Positions 39,040 to 49,632 are shown, counted from the first letter of the stretch. The stretch is DNA of 64,000 nt from an uncultured cyanobacterium (GCA_963744145.1 CAVUSO010000001.1:4736001-4800000), one strand, 5' to 3'. Numbers and translations are program-made. Notes: generated by a model not told the origin, from the sequence alone.

Positions 39040-40719
39040 TTAAGCCGTTGGTGCTTTAAAAATATATGGAGAATCAAGTGCAGCCAATTCACCCCGATAA
39101 ACCTTAGCTTGATAAACCATCATAGTCACCTCGGCTCGCGTCACAGCTTGAGTAGGATTAAGGTTATTTAAGGTAGGATAATTAACAATTAATCCCTGAG
39201 TAGCAGCAACAGTAACTTCATCCTGTCCCCAGTTAGGAATCTGATTGTGATCCGTAAAAACTTGCAAACTGAGGGTGCGATCGCTAGTTAATCCCAACCC
39301 ATTTACCAAGGAGACCATGACCTGAACGCGTTGTAAATTTTCATTAGGATGGAAAGTATTATCAGGAAAACCAGAAAGGAATCCACCCCGATAAGCTTGT
39401 TGAATGACTTGAGCAGCCCAAAAATTTGGATCAACATCTTTGAAATTAGATGGATTTCGTTTCGCAGATGGTTTAAAAGTTTTTACCAGTAAAGCAGCAT
39501 ATTGAGCGCGAGTGATTTTTGCATCGGGTTGAAAAGTACCATCGGGAAAACCATTGATCGCACCAATTGACACTAATCCTTCAATAAATGATCCGGTCCA
39601 ATGATTAGCAATGTCTGTTAATTTGACACTAGGAACAGGAGCGGGTGTTGGAGTGGGAACAGGAGCGGGAGTGGGAACAGGTTGAGGAGCTGGACTGGGA
39701 ATAGGAGCGGGATTAGGAACAGGTTGAGGAGCTGGACTGGGAATAGGAGCGGGAGTGGGAACAGGTTGAGGAGCTGGACTGGGAATAGGAGCGGGAGTGG
39801 GAGCAGGTTGAGGAACTGGAGTGGGAATAGCACCAAAATCTACTGCTCCTTTGATTTTGTCTGGATTGAGTTGATTGCCGAGCGCGACTAGACTAACAGA
39901 AGTAGCATTTTGCAAGTCAAATTGACCATTATTGCGAAAAATATTTTTACCGGGATCTTGGGCACTACCTAAATCTGGTAAAGCGCTAATGATAATCGTG
40001 ATCCCATCATCAACATTACTGTCAAATAAATTTTGGCGAATAATCGGTTTAGCCGAACCACCCACAATAATACCGGAACGGTTTTTTAGAATTTGGTTAT
40101 TAATAATCAGAGGAGCAGTATCATCTTTGGTAGAAATAGCATAACCAGTATTTTCAAACCGATTACCACGAATTTCTCCCTTAGCATTACTTTCTAAAGC
40201 TACACCATAAGAGTCATTACTAAGAAAGACATTATCAGTAATCGTTGGATTAGATGTACCAGTGGCAAAAACCCCTTCGCGTTTACATTGAGTGAAGGTA
40301 TTGTTAGCTATAGTCGGAGAAGTGGATTCGATCCAAACCCCACTACCTCGTAAATTAGGATTAGTGACAGTGACACCTCTTAACTGAGCCTGATCATCTA
40401 AACGAAAAGTGATATTTTGACTTGCCGCAGTAGGACTCATAAAAGTGCCACCACCTTGAATCAGAATACCATTACCTTTGCTGCTTTCATCCCCTACTAC
40501 TGTTACTCCCGTAGGAATATATAAAGGAAAAACTTCTCCACTGCTGGGATTATAAGTTCCAGAAGCTAGTTGAATTGTAGTAGTTGGGGTAGAGCTAGTG
40601 AGAGCTTGGGTGATAGTTTTCAATGGGGCGTTTTGACTACCTGTTGCCCCATCATTACCAGTGGTGGGATTGACGTAAAGGGTTTGAGACATAAAAATTT
40701 TATTTCCTGAAAAAAACAC
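39040..40719 (-). CDS. DUF1565/beta-helix + Pro-rich linker + SLH surface protein (start probably 40692)
   Basis: Paralog of 36224-38323 with one SLH triplet. Confidence 0.88.
   Translation of the reverse strand: MFFSGNKIFMSQTLYVNPTTGNDGATGSQNAPLKTITQALTSSTPTTTIQLASGTYNPSSGEVFPLYIPTGVTVVGDESSKGNGILIQGGGTFMSPTAASQNITFRLDDQAQLRGVTVTNPNLRGSGVWIESTSPTIANNTFTQCKREGVFATGTSNPTITDNVFLSNDSYGVALESNAKGEIRGNRFENTGYAISTKDDTAPLIINNQILKNRSGIIVGGSAKPIIRQNLFDSNVDDGITIIISALPDLGSAQDPGKNIFRNNGQFDLQNATSVSLVALGNQLNPDKIKGAVDFGAIPTPVPQPAPTPAPIPSPAPQPVPTPAPIPSPAPQPVPNPAPIPSPAPQPVPTPAPVPTPTPAPVPSVKLTDIANHWTGSFIEGLVSIGAINGFPDGTFQPDAKITRAQYAALLVKTFKPSAKRNPSNFKDVDPNFWAAQVIQQAYRGGFLSGFPDNTFHPNENLQRVQVMVSLVNGLGLTSDRTLSLQVFTDHNQIPNWGQDEVTVAATQGLIVNYPTLNNLNPTQAVTRAEVTMMVYQAKVYRGELAALDSPYIFKAPTA
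39630..39830 (-). repeat. 42-bp coding tandem repeat (PAPIPSPAPQPVPT)
   Basis: GGAACAGGTTGAGGAGCTGGACTGGGAATAGGAGCGGGAGTG x about 3, plus degenerate flanks. Confidence 0.9.
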
Positions 40720-40793
40720 AGAAATTGACTGAACTACAAGATTTAATGTTAAACCGCACTAGAATACAATAGAGAAGAAAGCAAAAATAAATA

Positions 40794-41049
40794 GGACAGG
40801 CAAGATGCCTGTCCCACAAAAGTGATTTTTTCTGGTGGGACAGGCATCTTGCCTGTCAATAAATAGATCAATAAGGACTTTTGCTTTCTTGTCTAATACT
40901 TCGGACAGGTTTTGATTACCCACCCCTACAGAAATTGGCAAATTTAGAATAAAATTGAACGGAAAATATGTCATTAAATTGGTAGGAGCAGGTTCACCAA
41001 TCAATATTGTCACAAATAGATCACTATTATAAACCTGCCCTGGCCTAAC
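40794..41049. repeat. Cluster of REP-like palindromes
   Basis: GGACAGGCAAGATGCCTGTCCCAC...GTGGGACAGGCATCTTGCCTGTC (half copy at about 38949), plus GTAGGAGCAGGTT...AAACCTGCCC. Confidence 0.75.
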
Positions 41050-41251
41050 ATTCTGGTCGATCGCACCAAAAATTATCATCAGACCATGAATTATATCATA
41101 AGTTTTGCCAAAAAAAAACAGGTGATCTTATATATTTGGATCGGATGGAATCGCGTTTTAGGTTTTCTATTCCGATCGCAAAATTTGAGGTAATATTTCT
41201 AGGGATTGATGATCCGTTTTTCACCCTTGCTTGTCCATCTAGATATTCCTA

Positions 41252-42262
41252 ATGATAGAAGTCGAACACTTAAGTAAAACCTACGGGTCTACATCTGCAA
41301 TCAGTGATCTGACTTTTGTAGTTGAACCTGGAGAAATTCTCGGTTTTTTAGGACCCAATGGTGCTGGAAAAACTACCACTATGCGGATTTTAGCTGGTTA
41401 TTTACCTGCTACTAGCGGGACAGCACGGATTGCTGGACATGATGTACATACAGATGCCATGATTGTACGTCAACGAATTGGTTATTTACCGGAAACTCCT
41501 CCTTTGTATCCAGAAATGACAGTGGAGGGATTTCTACATTTTGTGGCTAAAATTAAAGGTGTTAGTGCGGGCGATCGCCCAGGTAAAGTTAAATCTGCGA
41601 TCGCACGTTGTCATCTGATCGAACAACGGAAAGTTTTGATTCGCAAACTTTCTAAAGGTTTTCGTCAACGAGTGGGGATCGCTCAAGCAATTGTTCATGA
41701 TCCCCCAGCAATTATTTTAGATGAACCTACGGTAGGTTTAGATCCGCGACAAATTATCGAGGTCAGAAATTTAATTAAAAGTTTAGCGGGTGAGCGCACA
41801 ATTATTTTATCTACTCATATTTTGCCAGAAGTTAGTATGACTTGTCATCGGGTAGCAATTATTAATTCCGGTAAACTAGTCGCAACTAATACTCCCACCA
41901 AATTAATGACTCAACTGAGATTGGGAACAGGATATGAATTAGAAATTTCTCCAGATTTAACAAAAGCACAAACGATCCTAGCTAGTTTACCAACCATTAG
42001 TTCCGTTGAATTAATTCCCTCAGAAAATCTAAGTGCCGATCATTACCGTTTACGAGTAATCTCTGATTCCGAGGTAGAGTCAGCCCCAGAAATAGTTGCA
42101 GCTTTAGTACAATCTGATTTAAAGTTGTACGAATTGCGACGTTATGGTGCTAGTCTAGAAGATGTGTTTTTAAAACTAACAACTCAAGAAAAATCGACTG
42201 AAGAAAATCAAAATATTCAGGATACTTCAACGGTAGATCATCAAGCTGAATCATCAATCTAG
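41252..42262 (+). CDS. ABC transporter ATP-binding protein (GldA-like)
   Basis: GPNGAGKTT, LSKGFRQR, ILDEPT and STH motifs. Confidence 0.93.
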   Translation: MIEVEHLSKTYGSTSAISDLTFVVEPGEILGFLGPNGAGKTTTMRILAGYLPATSGTARIAGHDVHTDAMIVRQRIGYLPETPPLYPEMTVEGFLHFVAKIKGVSAGDRPGKVKSAIARCHLIEQRKVLIRKLSKGFRQRVGIAQAIVHDPPAIILDEPTVGLDPRQIIEVRNLIKSLAGERTIILSTHILPEVSMTCHRVAIINSGKLVATNTPTKLMTQLRLGTGYELEISPDLTKAQTILASLPTISSVELIPSENLSADHYRLRVISDSEVESAPEIVAALVQSDLKLYELRRYGASLEDVFLKLTTQEKSTEENQNIQDTSTVDHQAESSI

Positions 42263-42265
42263 GAG

Positions 42266-43078
42266 ATGGACAAATTGCTCAAAGTTGTTGCTAGTATTAT
42301 CGCTATTTATCGCAAAGAACTCCAGAGTTATTTTGCTGCACCTACAGCTTTATTAATCGCAGGAGTTTTTTGGCTATTATCGGGTTTATTTTTGGTAGCT
42401 ATTTTGTTTGGTGATGGAGGTGTAATTGATCAAATTGCCTTAAGAGATCAGATGGGAATAACTACCCCACCAATTGATTTTCCTTATCAATTTATGCAAT
42501 TGTTTTTACTCAATGTACTAGCACCTCTTTCTTTGGTAATCTTACCAATGTTATCAATGGGACTTTATGCGGAAGAACGGAAACGGGGCACCTTAGAATT
42601 ATTAGCAACTTCCCCCATTACTAATTGGGCAGTTGCGATCGGTAAATTATTAGGAGTAGTAACTTTTTTTATTACCTTAATCCTCCCAGTATTGACGGGA
42701 GAAGCGATCGCTTTTAGTGCTGCTGATCCACCCATGTCTCCACTCATACCTCTAGTTGCTCATGGAGGATTAATTTTCATGGCTGCTAGTATTTTATCGT
42801 TAGGAATGTTTGTTTCCTCCCTCACAGAAAGCACTATTTTAGCAGCAATTCTCAGCTTTGCTTTAGTATCGGTATTGTGGATAATTGATGTCCTTGCTAA
42901 AAGCATGGGGGGAATTTATGGACAAGCATTAGCACATCTTTCTTTACTAAACCATTATACTAATCTCGTCAAAGGGATTGTGGATAGTAGTAGTTTAGTT
43001 TTATTTGCTAGCTATATAATTTTGGGCATATTTCTGACTGCTCAATATATTGAAACTTTACGTCATGGACGCTCTTAG
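42266..43078 (+). CDS. ABC-2 type permease (GldF-like)
   Basis: KELQSYF and AEERKRGTLELL motifs; about six TM segments. Confidence 0.9.
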   Translation: MDKLLKVVASIIAIYRKELQSYFAAPTALLIAGVFWLLSGLFLVAILFGDGGVIDQIALRDQMGITTPPIDFPYQFMQLFLLNVLAPLSLVILPMLSMGLYAEERKRGTLELLATSPITNWAVAIGKLLGVVTFFITLILPVLTGEAIAFSAADPPMSPLIPLVAHGGLIFMAASILSLGMFVSSLTESTILAAILSFALVSVLWIIDVLAKSMGGIYGQALAHLSLLNHYTNLVKGIVDSSSLVLFASYIILGIFLTAQYIETLRHGRS

Positions 43079-44679
43079 TGGTGAGCAAAATGAAGACAAA
43101 TAAAATTAATTTCCGTGGGTTAAATAAATACGGGAAATATCTATTCTGGCTCGGTCCAATTTTCATAGTCATGGGAATAACCGCAGCAGTAGTCTCCGGA
43201 ACTTGGGATAATATCCCCCTCGGACTAATAATTACAGGTGCGGTAATTAGCGGATTATGGCTAATATTTTTAGAATATATTGAACAAGGATTTTGGGGAC
43301 GTCGTTCGACCAAAGCTGGAACAAATGCGATCGCATCTACTCTAGTAGTATTAGTGATTTTAGGTCTGGTCAATTTTCTCACTCTGCGCGATCCATTCCA
43401 TCTTGATCTCACCGATAATCAACAGCTCAGTCTTGCTCCTTTATCCCAGCAATTAGTCACCAATTTACCCCAACCAGCGAAAGTATGGATATTTCAATCC
43501 ACCATCCCTCCCCAGTTACAGGAATTACTAGCAAATTATCAACGTTTAAACCCCCAAAAATTTAGTTTTGAGTTAGTAGATCCCCAAGTTTCTCCTGCTC
43601 TAGCTCACCAAAATTTTGATGTTAAAGATGTGGGAGATGTCTATTTAGAATATAACCAAAAGCGACAATTTCTGGGCAGTTTAAAATCCCAGTCAATTTC
43701 CGAAGCAAAACTAACGAGCGGTTTAGAACAACTGATCAGTGGAAGACAAATTAAAATCTATTTTCTCTCCGGTCATGGAGAACGTTCTTTCACCAGTGGA
43801 GAAGGTGGATTTGCTCAAGCTGTTAATAGTCTCAAAGAAAAAAATTATCTAGTAGAAACCCTAAATTTAGCAGGAACCACAGCAGAAGTCCCTCAAGATA
43901 CCGCAGTGGTAGTAGTTGCTGGACCCAAACAAAGTTTATTTCCCGAGGAAGTCAAAGCATTAAATAATTATCTAAATCATGGTGGTGGGGTGTTGCTGAT
44001 GCTTGATCCTAACACTAAACCAGGTTTAGAGTCCTTATTCAAAGACTGGGGGATTCAATTAGATGAACGAATCGCGATCGACCCCACTAAATGGGTCAAG
44101 GGTTTTGGGATGTCTGCTCCCCTAGTCAATACTTATGGAGATCATCCCATTACTAAAGCTTTTGGCAAAGATTATTCACTCTTTCCTTCAGCTCGACCAA
44201 TCTATTTTATCCCAGCTCCTGGCATTAAAGCAACTCCTTTGTTGTTTACCAGTCCCCAAAGTTGGGCAACTAGCAATCTTAAACAAGGACCAAAATGGGA
44301 ATTTAATTCCCAACAAGATGTTAAAGGTCCTTTGGTGTTAGGATTAGCTCTAAGTCGTAATCTGACCAAAAGCGAATCCAATCAAGGTAATCAGTTAAAT
44401 CAAAAAGTTCCTGAATCCCGATTGGTGATTTTGGGAAATTCCGCTTTTGCTACAGATGGTTTATTTGGAGGTCGGTTAAATGGTGATGTCTTAATTAACT
44501 CAGCTACTTGGTTAAGTCAGGAAGATGATCAATTTCTTTCGATTCGTCCCCGAGAAGCCCCAAATCGTCGTCTCAATCTGACTCCCCCACAAGTTAAAAT
44601 CATCTGGTGGTGTGCGATCGTGATTTTTCCTCTCCTGGGATTTGGTGCTGCTGGACTACTTTGGTGGTATCGCCGATAA
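43078..44679 (+). CDS. GldG-family ABC auxiliary component
   Basis: DLTDNQ..SL, IYFLSGHGE, VVAGPK and HPITK motifs; C-terminal TM + WWYRR. Confidence 0.88.
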   Translation: MVSKMKTNKINFRGLNKYGKYLFWLGPIFIVMGITAAVVSGTWDNIPLGLIITGAVISGLWLIFLEYIEQGFWGRRSTKAGTNAIASTLVVLVILGLVNFLTLRDPFHLDLTDNQQLSLAPLSQQLVTNLPQPAKVWIFQSTIPPQLQELLANYQRLNPQKFSFELVDPQVSPALAHQNFDVKDVGDVYLEYNQKRQFLGSLKSQSISEAKLTSGLEQLISGRQIKIYFLSGHGERSFTSGEGGFAQAVNSLKEKNYLVETLNLAGTTAEVPQDTAVVVVAGPKQSLFPEEVKALNNYLNHGGGVLLMLDPNTKPGLESLFKDWGIQLDERIAIDPTKWVKGFGMSAPLVNTYGDHPITKAFGKDYSLFPSARPIYFIPAPGIKATPLLFTSPQSWATSNLKQGPKWEFNSQQDVKGPLVLGLALSRNLTKSESNQGNQLNQKVPESRLVILGNSAFATDGLFGGRLNGDVLINSATWLSQEDDQFLSIRPREAPNRRLNLTPPQVKIIWWCAIVIFPLLGFGAAGLLWWYRR

Positions 44680-44995
44680 AACAGATCAGGTTAATATTTG
44701 CGCTGTTTTCCTGGAAATAAATTGTGATTCCCGGTGCAAATACACAATGGAATTGAAAATTACCAATCTCCAGTGGCCAATTACCAGATGTCCCCAAGAA
44801 TTAATTTCAGGAAAAATTATTTATGAGTTGAATCACTCTTATTAATCACCCTGATTTAATTTTAATAATTTTTACCATTAAATCTCGGTAAGTTTGTTTA
44901 CTATTTAATTATGAGGTTATCCTCATTTGTATACCTATATTTTATTTTTTAAATGAAGTTTAGGTAAACCTTAGTCACCTATTTGTAAAGTTTGG

Positions 44996-47476
44996 ATGAA
45001 AACAAACCACCTATTTATGGTTTACTCAACCCTCAAAGCTTTGGTGAAAAAGCGATTGACTCCCTTAGTGCGATCGTCTCAAGTTTTGACAGTGATGAGT
45101 AACTTCATCCTATCTTTAATCCTTTCACAGGGACTAGGAGCTCAAGCAAATGATCGGGTTACTAACCAGAATATACTGACAAAAAGTAATCTATGTTGTG
45201 ATGAAATTTTCCGAACACCAGAATTACCAAGACTTAACCCCTTATACCAATTTTTGATGAGGGTGCAGAGAATTGATCCCCCCAACCCCCTTCTTAAGGG
45301 GGAGCATGAATTTAAAGTGCCCCTTCTTAAGGGGGAGCATGAATTTAAAGTCCCCCTTCTTAAGGGGGAGCATGAATTTAAAGTGCCCCTTCTTAAGGGG
45401 GATTTAGGGGGATCTAGCTCTATGCAACTTCACATTAAATTCGTATTAGTGAGTGAGTATCCTCCCGATCACCAACTCAATCAAGTCGGGTTTCCCAAAA
45501 AAATCTTCAATGACAATGAGTTAACCGGGCAACTCCAACTTTGGTTAAATAAAACTTTACTTATTGTAAAGCAATCTGATTTGATCAAGGTGATCCTGAT
45601 TTCTGGTTGTCTAGTGTTTTTTTTATGGATGAGAAAAACTAATTTTCAGCTAGATCTGAATGAACTGAAAAATACCCAAGCAGCATTACGTCAAAGTGAA
45701 GAACGAATGCGATCGCTTTTCAACGCAATCCCAGACGTAATTTTTCGTCAACGAATCGATCAGACCGATTTAGACTTCCTGAGCAAACCCAGTGACTTCA
45801 TCATCCAATCTGAACAATTGGGGGAGAGTAATTTGTGTGATCTACCCTTGAATGAAGAAATTAAAAATCAATTAAGAGAATTTTTTAAAAAAGCGATCGC
45901 TACCGGAGAATTGCAAACCTGTGAATACGAATTAACCCAAAATGATCAACTGTATAACTATGAAGCGCGGATTGTGAAGAGTGGTGTGGATGAAGTTATT
46001 TGTATTGTCCGCGATATTACTAAACGTAAACAGGTCGAAGAATCTCTCCGAGCTAGTCAACATTTTATCAAAAGTATCACGGATGCTATTCCTAATCTTC
46101 TCTATATTTATGATCTAATTGAAGAACGTAATGTTTATATAAATCGAGCGATCGAAACAGTGCTTGGTTATACAGTAGAAGAAATTAAAAAAATGGAAAC
46201 TATCTTTTTACCATCGCTAATCCACCCAGAAGATATTAACAAAGTAGTAGGTGAACATAAAAAAAGATTTAGCACGGCTAAAGTCGGTGATATTATTGAA
46301 ATTGAATATCGCATCAAACATAAAAATAATCAATGGCGTTGGGTTTCTAGTCGGGAGTCTATTTTTAGTAAAACTACAACTGGGGAACCCAAACAGATTA
46401 TTGGAATTATTAAAGATATTACTATCCGGAAACAGACAGAAGAAGCGCTGCAACAAGCCAATAAAAAATTAATTTTACAAGTCAACGAATTAGAAGATCG
46501 GAATGAAGAAATAACCTTACTGAGTCATATGAGCGATTTACTGCAAACTTGCTTGACTTGTGAAGAAGCTTGTAAAGTAATTGCTCAATTTATCACGCTT
46601 TTATTCCCTCAAAATTCTGGAGGGATTTTTATGATTAGCAATTCGCGAAATATAGTTGAAGCAATTAATACTTGGGGCACAAATTTAACGACACAAACAA
46701 TTTTTTCCACGAATGAATGTATTGCTTTACGTCGTGGTCAACCCCATTTATTTGACGAGGCTAATAGTGGTTTAGTCTGTAAACATATCCATCCAGATTC
46801 TTTTCCTAGTGCTTATTTCTGTATCCCGATGATGGCTCAAGGAGAAGCGATCGGCACCTTGTATTTAAGTTTTCAAGAACCGGGACAATTAACCAAAACT
46901 AAAAAACATTTAGCAGTGACGGTATCGCGACAAATATCCTTAGCTTTAGCTAACTTAAAATTACATGAAACCCTTCAGCAACAGAGTATTCGTGATCCCC
47001 TAACCGGATTATTTAATCGTCGTTATTTAGAAGAATCTCTCGAACGAGAATTAAATCGAGCCGAGCGAAAACAGCAATCTCTCGGAGTAATTATGCTCGA
47101 TGTTGATCATTTTAAACGCTTTAATGATACCTTTGGTCACGAAGCTGGTGATGCGGTATTGCGGGAGTTAGGAATATTTTTGCAAAAACATATACGTGTC
47201 TCTGATATTGCTTGTCGTTATGGAGGTGAAGAGTTAACCCTCATCCTCCCAGAAGCATCTTTAGAAGATACGATGGAACGCGCTGAAAAACTTCGTCAAG
47301 GTGTGAAATATTTGAATGTCCATTATCGTCGTCAACCACTTGGTGGGATTACTCTTTCCTTGGGAATTGCGATGTTCCCTCAACATGGGTTAACGAGTGA
47401 AAGTGTGATTCGTGCTGCTGATGTCGCTTTATATCGTGCTAAAGCTGCTGGACGCGATCGGGTGGTGACAGCTTAG
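44996..47476 (+). CDS. PAS/PAS/GAF diguanylate cyclase
   Basis: RDITKRK and KDITIRK PAC motifs, a GAF-like segment, DPLTGLFNRR, DVDHFK, RVSD I-site and GGEEL. Confidence 0.92.
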   Translation: MKTNHLFMVYSTLKALVKKRLTPLVRSSQVLTVMSNFILSLILSQGLGAQANDRVTNQNILTKSNLCCDEIFRTPELPRLNPLYQFLMRVQRIDPPNPLLKGEHEFKVPLLKGEHEFKVPLLKGEHEFKVPLLKGDLGGSSSMQLHIKFVLVSEYPPDHQLNQVGFPKKIFNDNELTGQLQLWLNKTLLIVKQSDLIKVILISGCLVFFLWMRKTNFQLDLNELKNTQAALRQSEERMRSLFNAIPDVIFRQRIDQTDLDFLSKPSDFIIQSEQLGESNLCDLPLNEEIKNQLREFFKKAIATGELQTCEYELTQNDQLYNYEARIVKSGVDEVICIVRDITKRKQVEESLRASQHFIKSITDAIPNLLYIYDLIEERNVYINRAIETVLGYTVEEIKKMETIFLPSLIHPEDINKVVGEHKKRFSTAKVGDIIEIEYRIKHKNNQWRWVSSRESIFSKTTTGEPKQIIGIIKDITIRKQTEEALQQANKKLILQVNELEDRNEEITLLSHMSDLLQTCLTCEEACKVIAQFITLLFPQNSGGIFMISNSRNIVEAINTWGTNLTTQTIFSTNECIALRRGQPHLFDEANSGLVCKHIHPDSFPSAYFCIPMMAQGEAIGTLYLSFQEPGQLTKTKKHLAVTVSRQISLALANLKLHETLQQQSIRDPLTGLFNRRYLEESLERELNRAERKQQSLGVIMLDVDHFKRFNDTFGHEAGDAVLRELGIFLQKHIRVSDIACRYGGEELTLILPEASLEDTMERAEKLRQGVKYLNVHYRRQPLGGITLSLGIAMFPQHGLTSESVIRAADVALYRAKAAGRDRVVTA
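45245..45445. mobile_element. MITE (TACCAATT-type TIR, TTA TSD) inserted in frame in the cyclase gene
   Basis: Left end TACCAATTTTTGATGAGGGTGCA; right end (reverse complement) TACGAATTTAATGTGAAGTTGCA. TTA at 45242-44 and 45446-48. Internal 33-bp repeats CCCCTTCTTAAGGGGGAGCATGAATTTAAAGT. Confidence 0.85.
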
Positions 47477-47715
47477 TCAATTAAACCAAAAATATCCTCT
47501 AATTACCAACAGTGCTTTTCCCTCAATCCGAGCATTCCCTTGGTAATTGATAAGTAAAATTGATGAATTTTGGCTAAATATCATATTGCACTTGGGGAGA
47601 AACCTGTTATAGTTGTGCTAGGATTTTTGAGCGATGTCCTTTGATTATTAAGAAAAGTCAAGGGTAAAATCGCTCAATTTTGATCAATTAAATGTAATTA
47701 ATTTCCCAAGACAAG

Positions 47716-48573
47716 ATGGTTAATTCTGTTGAACAAACCGCGCTAGAAACATCCAATCTAGAAGAATATTCATCCTCGACAATTAGCCCACAACTACTGT
47801 TTTTACTCAAGCTAATTGAGAATTTTTCCCTAGCAGCATTTATTGGTGCATTGGTTCTGAAAACGCTAGTTCCAGAAACTGAATTGATTCTGATCTGGGC
47901 TTCGATATTTCTGTCTGTGTTTATTTTTTTATTTCTGACTAATAAGAAACTAAATCAGAAGTACCAGGAAACCCAAAAGCAATTAGAGTTTGTGAGAAAA
48001 GCTGAACTGTACTTATTAAACTCCGGTGAGTCATTTAGCACCATTTCCTTAATTAAAGCCCGAGAAAATGCTTTACGTTATACTCAGGAATTGATCGATG
48101 ACTATAAACAAGTTCGCGAATTCTCTAGAAACACTTACTACATTTTTCAGCTAGCAACCGTGGTGCTATCAGGAATCACACCAATTTTAGTGTTGGTAGA
48201 TAAATTAGAAGCTAATCAATCATGGCTGAAGTGGTTACCTGTAATCTGTCCAGCTATTGCGTCGATCGTAGCTAGTATTGTGACATCTTTTCCGTTTCAA
48301 AAAAATTGGTTTAATGCTAATAAGGCAGTTGAGTTGTTGGAAGCAGAACAGGAGAAATTTATCCTGGGCGTAACTCCTGTTTATAGTTCCTACAGTACCA
48401 CTGATGATCCCCAACGTCAACAAAAATCTCTCCAAGCAGTAGAAAATTTTATTATTCAAGTGAATAACATTCATTTGAAGCTGGTCGAAAATCCTGGAGA
48501 TCGAACACAGGTGAAGGAAGAACCTCAAGAAGAGAAAAAGGAAGAGGAAAGCTCATCGAGTGGGCAAAAATAA
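47716..48573 (+). CDS. DUF4231 (SLATT-like) membrane protein
   Basis: N-terminal TM pair, then Q.ATVVLSGITPILV...PAIASIVASI.TSFPFQKNW...LEAEQEKF. Confidence 0.7.
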   Translation: MVNSVEQTALETSNLEEYSSSTISPQLLFLLKLIENFSLAAFIGALVLKTLVPETELILIWASIFLSVFIFLFLTNKKLNQKYQETQKQLEFVRKAELYLLNSGESFSTISLIKARENALRYTQELIDDYKQVREFSRNTYYIFQLATVVLSGITPILVLVDKLEANQSWLKWLPVICPAIASIVASIVTSFPFQKNWFNANKAVELLEAEQEKFILGVTPVYSSYSTTDDPQRQQKSLQAVENFIIQVNNIHLKLVENPGDRTQVKEEPQEEKKEEESSSSGQK

Positions 48574-48658
48574 CACTTCACTCGCTACCGAATGAGGGTC
48601 AGGGTATTGCTCAACTCAAAGTTGGGACAGTACCCTGACCAATCAAGTTGGGATGAAA

Positions 48659-48835
48659 CTAAACTCGGATTAATCGGCTCAATATGCCCATCGCGATCGC
48701 TAATAAAATTAATAACCAGAGGATATAACCGGGTAAAAACGTGATGATGCCAAAACCTCTTAATAACCAATAAAGTAGGGTAATGACAACTAAAATTAAA
48801 AATATTAAGGTTACTGGGGAGCGATTGGTGTTCAC
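48659..48835 (-). CDS. Small two-TM membrane protein (58 aa), absent from the ORF track
   Basis: GTG start 9 nt after AGGAG: MNTNRSPVTLIFLILVVITLLYWLLRGFGIITFLPGYILWLLILLAIAMGILSRLIRV. Confidence 0.75.
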   Translation of the reverse strand: MNTNRSPVTLIFLILVVITLLYWLLRGFGIITFLPGYILWLLILLAIAMGILSRLIRV

Positions 48836-49065
48836 AAATTTTTCTCCTGATTGAGCTGAACAAAAAATAAATTGTTTGTTTTTTTAATAAATTTATCCAA
48901 CTTTAGGAAATATTTATCATAAATTTATAATCTTTGGATGGAAATTTACTAAATTGGTGATTAAACACCTGAATCTAGTCATTAGTAGCTGAATATAATC
49001 TTAGTATTCAATGGATGGTATTCTCAGCTAAATAGTATCAGTTCCTGCAAATTGGGATCAGCAAA

Positions 49066-49632
49066 ATGACTGGATCTACGTTGAGTTCCATAAATTTAGT
49101 CAAGGATGGAGAGTTTTCCCAAACTGATCGAAAATCACTCCTCCAGGGAGAAATATTACTTTGCACCAGAGACCATTCAGCTTGGGGTGGGGCAGTAACA
49201 GCAAGAATGTATTTGCCCATAGCCCGTCAGCTAGCTTGGGTGCATCTGACTAATTATCCTCGATGGGTACAATATTTTCCAGATTTGTTATGTTCAGAGG
49301 TTTTAAACCGAGGAGACGAACGTAATCAAAACAGTAAACAACTTTACCAAGTAGCTAGTAAAGCTTTTCTATTTTTTACCGCTCAGGTAGAAATATATGT
49401 GAAAGTTTTTGAAATCTTATATCAGCAAGTACAATTTCAATTTGAGAAAGGTAGTTTTTCAGACTTTACTGCCAATTTAAACCTCCAAGATTGGGGTAAT
49501 GGGACTTTAATTATCTATAGCGTACAAGCTACTCCCTGTTTTCCTGTACCTTCATTTTTGATCCAACAAGCGATCAACCTAGAATTACCAGCAAATCTAC
49601 GTCAAATGCGTCAAGTTATTTGTAATAGTTAA
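49066..49632 (+). CDS. SRPBCC/polyketide cyclase-dehydrase family protein
   Basis: GGAVTARMYLP...W..LT.YPRWVQYFPD and GSFSDF.ANL motifs. Confidence 0.8.
   Translation: MTGSTLSSINLVKDGEFSQTDRKSLLQGEILLCTRDHSAWGGAVTARMYLPIARQLAWVHLTNYPRWVQYFPDLLCSEVLNRGDERNQNSKQLYQVASKAFLFFTAQVEIYVKVFEILYQQVQFQFEKGSFSDFTANLNLQDWGNGTLIIYSVQATPCFPVPSFLIQQAINLELPANLRQMRQVICNS

Noticed and set aside
40759..41079. 106-aa ORF
   Set aside because: Made largely of REP-like palindromes (RQDACPT/GTGILPV are translations of the repeat).
48585..48863. 92-aa minus-strand ORF
   Set aside because: A different frame (48659-48835) has an RBS and a coherent two-TM protein.
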